64,000 nt of DNA from Bacillota bacterium. Lineage in GTDB: Bacteria; Bacillota; Sulfobacillia; RBS10-35; Bu92. Below are positions 62,253 through 64,000 of this stretch, piece after piece. Every line of letters starts with the position of its first letter. Within the stretch, counting starts at the first letter, position 1. The translations under genes were made by a program, and so were the position numbers. Location: assembly GCA_014896375.1 (NCBI GenBank), contig JADBKN010000001.1:274-64273 (forward strand), read 5' to 3'. Below the pieces are notes generated by a model, which was not told where the DNA came from, ran no database searches, and was given only the letters and a program-made list of their open reading frames with translations.

Positions 62253-63143
62253 ATGACGGACGGCGGAACGGCGCCGGTGGCGATCCAAGGCGACCGCGGC
62301 TGCAACTCGGAGGCCGCAGCGCGCCGGGCGTTCGGCGAGGCGGTGGAGATCCTCACCTGCCGCACGCTCCAGGACGTGTTCGAGGAGCTCGCGGCTGGGC
62401 ACGCGGCGTTCGCCGTGGTGCCCGTGGAAAATTCCACGGCCGGCAGCGTGGTCGACACGTACGACCTTCTTTGGGAGCACTCGCCGGCGGTCGTGGGGGA
62501 GGTCGTGCTCCGCGTGCGGCACGCGCTCATGGCCCTACCGGGGGTGCGGCTGGAGGAGGTGCGGCGCGTCGTCTCCCACCCGCAGGCGCTGGCGCAGTGC
62601 CGCCGCTTCCTGCGGGCGCTCGGCGCGGAGGCGGTGCCGGCCTGGGACACGGCCGGCAGCGCGCGGTGGATCGCGGAGCGGGGCGAGCGCGACGCGGCCG
62701 CGCTCGCGCCGCCGCTGGCGGCGGCCATCCATGGTCTCGAGGTCCTGGCGGACGGCGTGGAGGACGCGCCGGGGAACGCGACGCGCTTCCTCGTCCTGGC
62801 GCGGGCGGACGGCGCGGGAGGCGGCGCCGGTGCATGGGGCGGAGCCGGCGCCGCGGGCGGCGCCAAGACGACGGTCGGCTTCGTCACCGAGCACCGCCCC
62901 GGCGCCCTGTACGAGGCGCTCGGGTCCTTCGCGCGCCACGGGCTGAACCTCACAAAGATCGAATCCCGCCCGGACCCCGCCCACCCCTGGCATTTCCGCT
63001 TCTTCGCGGACGTGGCCGGCGACGCGCAAAAGTCTCCGCTGCGCGAGGCGCTCGCCGAGCTGCGCGCCGCCTGCCGCGAGGTCCGCGTCTTCGGCAGCTA
63101 CGCGGCCTGGCCTGAAGATCAGGGCCCCGCCGCCACCACCTGA
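62253..63143 (+). CDS. pheA: Prephenate dehydratase
   Basis: Motifs VPVENSTAGSV, SHPQALAQC, DTAGSA and NATRF, plus ACT motif NLTKIESRP. Confidence 0.95.
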   Translation: MTDGGTAPVAIQGDRGCNSEAAARRAFGEAVEILTCRTLQDVFEELAAGHAAFAVVPVENSTAGSVVDTYDLLWEHSPAVVGEVVLRVRHALMALPGVRLEEVRRVVSHPQALAQCRRFLRALGAEAVPAWDTAGSARWIAERGERDAAALAPPLAAAIHGLEVLADGVEDAPGNATRFLVLARADGAGGGAGAWGGAGAAGGAKTTVGFVTEHRPGALYEALGSFARHGLNLTKIESRPDPAHPWHFRFFADVAGDAQKSPLREALAELRAACREVRVFGSYAAWPEDQGPAATT

Positions 63144-64000
63144 GGGCTCGGGCGGTAGGTGTCGATGCCGAGGTCGCGGATTTCGTCGCCCTCCGGACGG
63201 TGGATGATGAGCCAGCTGTGCACGGTCACGCCGTCCTGACCGGCCGCGACCGTCTTACGGATGCCGCTCGGCAGGTCCGGGTCCGTCGTGAACTCCACCG
63301 TCTTCGGGTAGGTGGCGAGGATCTCGTGGCGCCACGTCACCTGGGGCGGTCGCTCGGCGCCGTAGATGGCGATCGTCAGCTTGCGGTCCTCCGCCGCCGC
63401 GCGGATGAGCACGGGCGCTTGGGTGTCGTTGCGGAAGCGGAAGTCGAGGCCGTACGTATCGGTGACGGTCGCGTCCTGCCCGGGCGGCAGGTAGGGCACG
63501 GTGAGCCCGTGCGCGTGGCGCTCCACCACCTCGAGATCGGCGAGGACGACGGCGTTGTAGAGCGTCGAGGCGCCCTGGCAGACGCCGCCGCCGATGGACG
63601 GGACGATGCGCGCTCCCACGAACATGCGCCCCATGCCGAAGCCGTTCGCCCGCGTGTATGGCCCCACCGTGCGGTTGTAGGAGAAGATCGCGCCGGGCGG
63701 CACGACCGTGCCGTTCAGCCGGCGCGCCGCGAGGGCGATGTTGTCGGCCTGACTGGGGGTCGCGTGGGAGAAGTCCGTCGTGTAGGCGCCCATGAGGTAG
63801 GAAAGGCCGAGTTCCTGGAGGCGCTGGCTCAAGGCCGTGTCGTCCGGGATGAAGACGCCGTGCGCCTCGGCCGCCCCGGCCGCGCCGCTGCCGGAGCCGG
63901 CGGCCGCGCCCGCGGCCGATCCCGGCCCGGGCGCCGCGGCAGCCGGCCCGCCGGCGCCCGCGCCCGGCGCGGACGGCGCCCGCGCGGCGCGGTCGACGGC
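63119..64000 (-). CDS. VanW-family protein with C-terminal G5 domain, 5' end outside window
   Basis: Motifs NIALAARRLNG, FSYNRTVGP, GGGVCQGASTLYNA, ERHAH, YLPPGQDATV and DFRFRN, then a G5-like tail. The frame is open to the window edge. Confidence 0.88.
   Translation of the reverse strand, partial: AVDRAARAPSAPGAGAGGPAAAAPGPGSAAGAAAGSGSGAAGAAEAHGVFIPDDTALSQRLQELGLSYLMGAYTTDFSHATPSQADNIALAARRLNGTVVPPGAIFSYNRTVGPYTRANGFGMGRMFVGARIVPSIGGGVCQGASTLYNAVVLADLEVVERHAHGLTVPYLPPGQDATVTDTYGLDFRFRNDTQAPVLIRAAAEDRKLTIAIYGAERPPQVTWRHEILATYPKTVEFTTDPDLPSGIRKTVAAGQDGVTVHSWLIIHRPEGDEIRDLGIDTYRPSPQVVAAGP

Noticed and set aside
63119-64000. Vancomycin resistance locus
   Set aside because: VanW-domain proteins are widespread in Bacillota, and no vanHAX or vanRS genes are present in the window.

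Overview
This window is from the chromosome of a very GC-rich bacterium, most likely a sporulating Bacillota (Firmicute). The evidence is DUF421/DUF1657/DUF4363 spore genes, Gram-positive-type SOS boxes, the rqcH/yloB and dapF-dapL arrangements, and the recJ...rel-dtd...hisS-aspS-6S RNA gene order. The core genes are rqcH, a YloB-like Ca-ATPase, dapF, dapL, thyA, folA, murD, recJ, rel, dtd, hisS, aspS, ssrS and pheA. Accessory blocks: (1) an RND pump plus a decaying regulator-glycosyltransferase-DedA operon (1-5 kb); (2) a ~12.5 kb block between rqcH and yloB, holding a thiol/quinone-stress regulon with a shared 24-bp operator, a three-gene ApbE flavinylation module (small RR-signal protein ending TGPS, signal-less ApbE, MsrQ-like membrane protein) and a MacB-like ABC system; (3) an MNT-HEPN pair; (4) a YojF-BshB2 fusion; (5) a LexA-boxed mutagenesis cassette lacking imuA, with a split ImuB and DnaE2; (6) an orphan ChlI-like AAA+/vWA pair with a His-rich unknown domain; (7) ccmH-ccmF genes where apt usually lies. 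Other patterns are a dispersed 22-bp palindromic repeat family, probable leaderless genes, and widespread Gly/Ala loop expansions. I saw no rRNA, tRNA, transposase or true CRISPR array. All calls come from reading motifs by eye; no searches were run.
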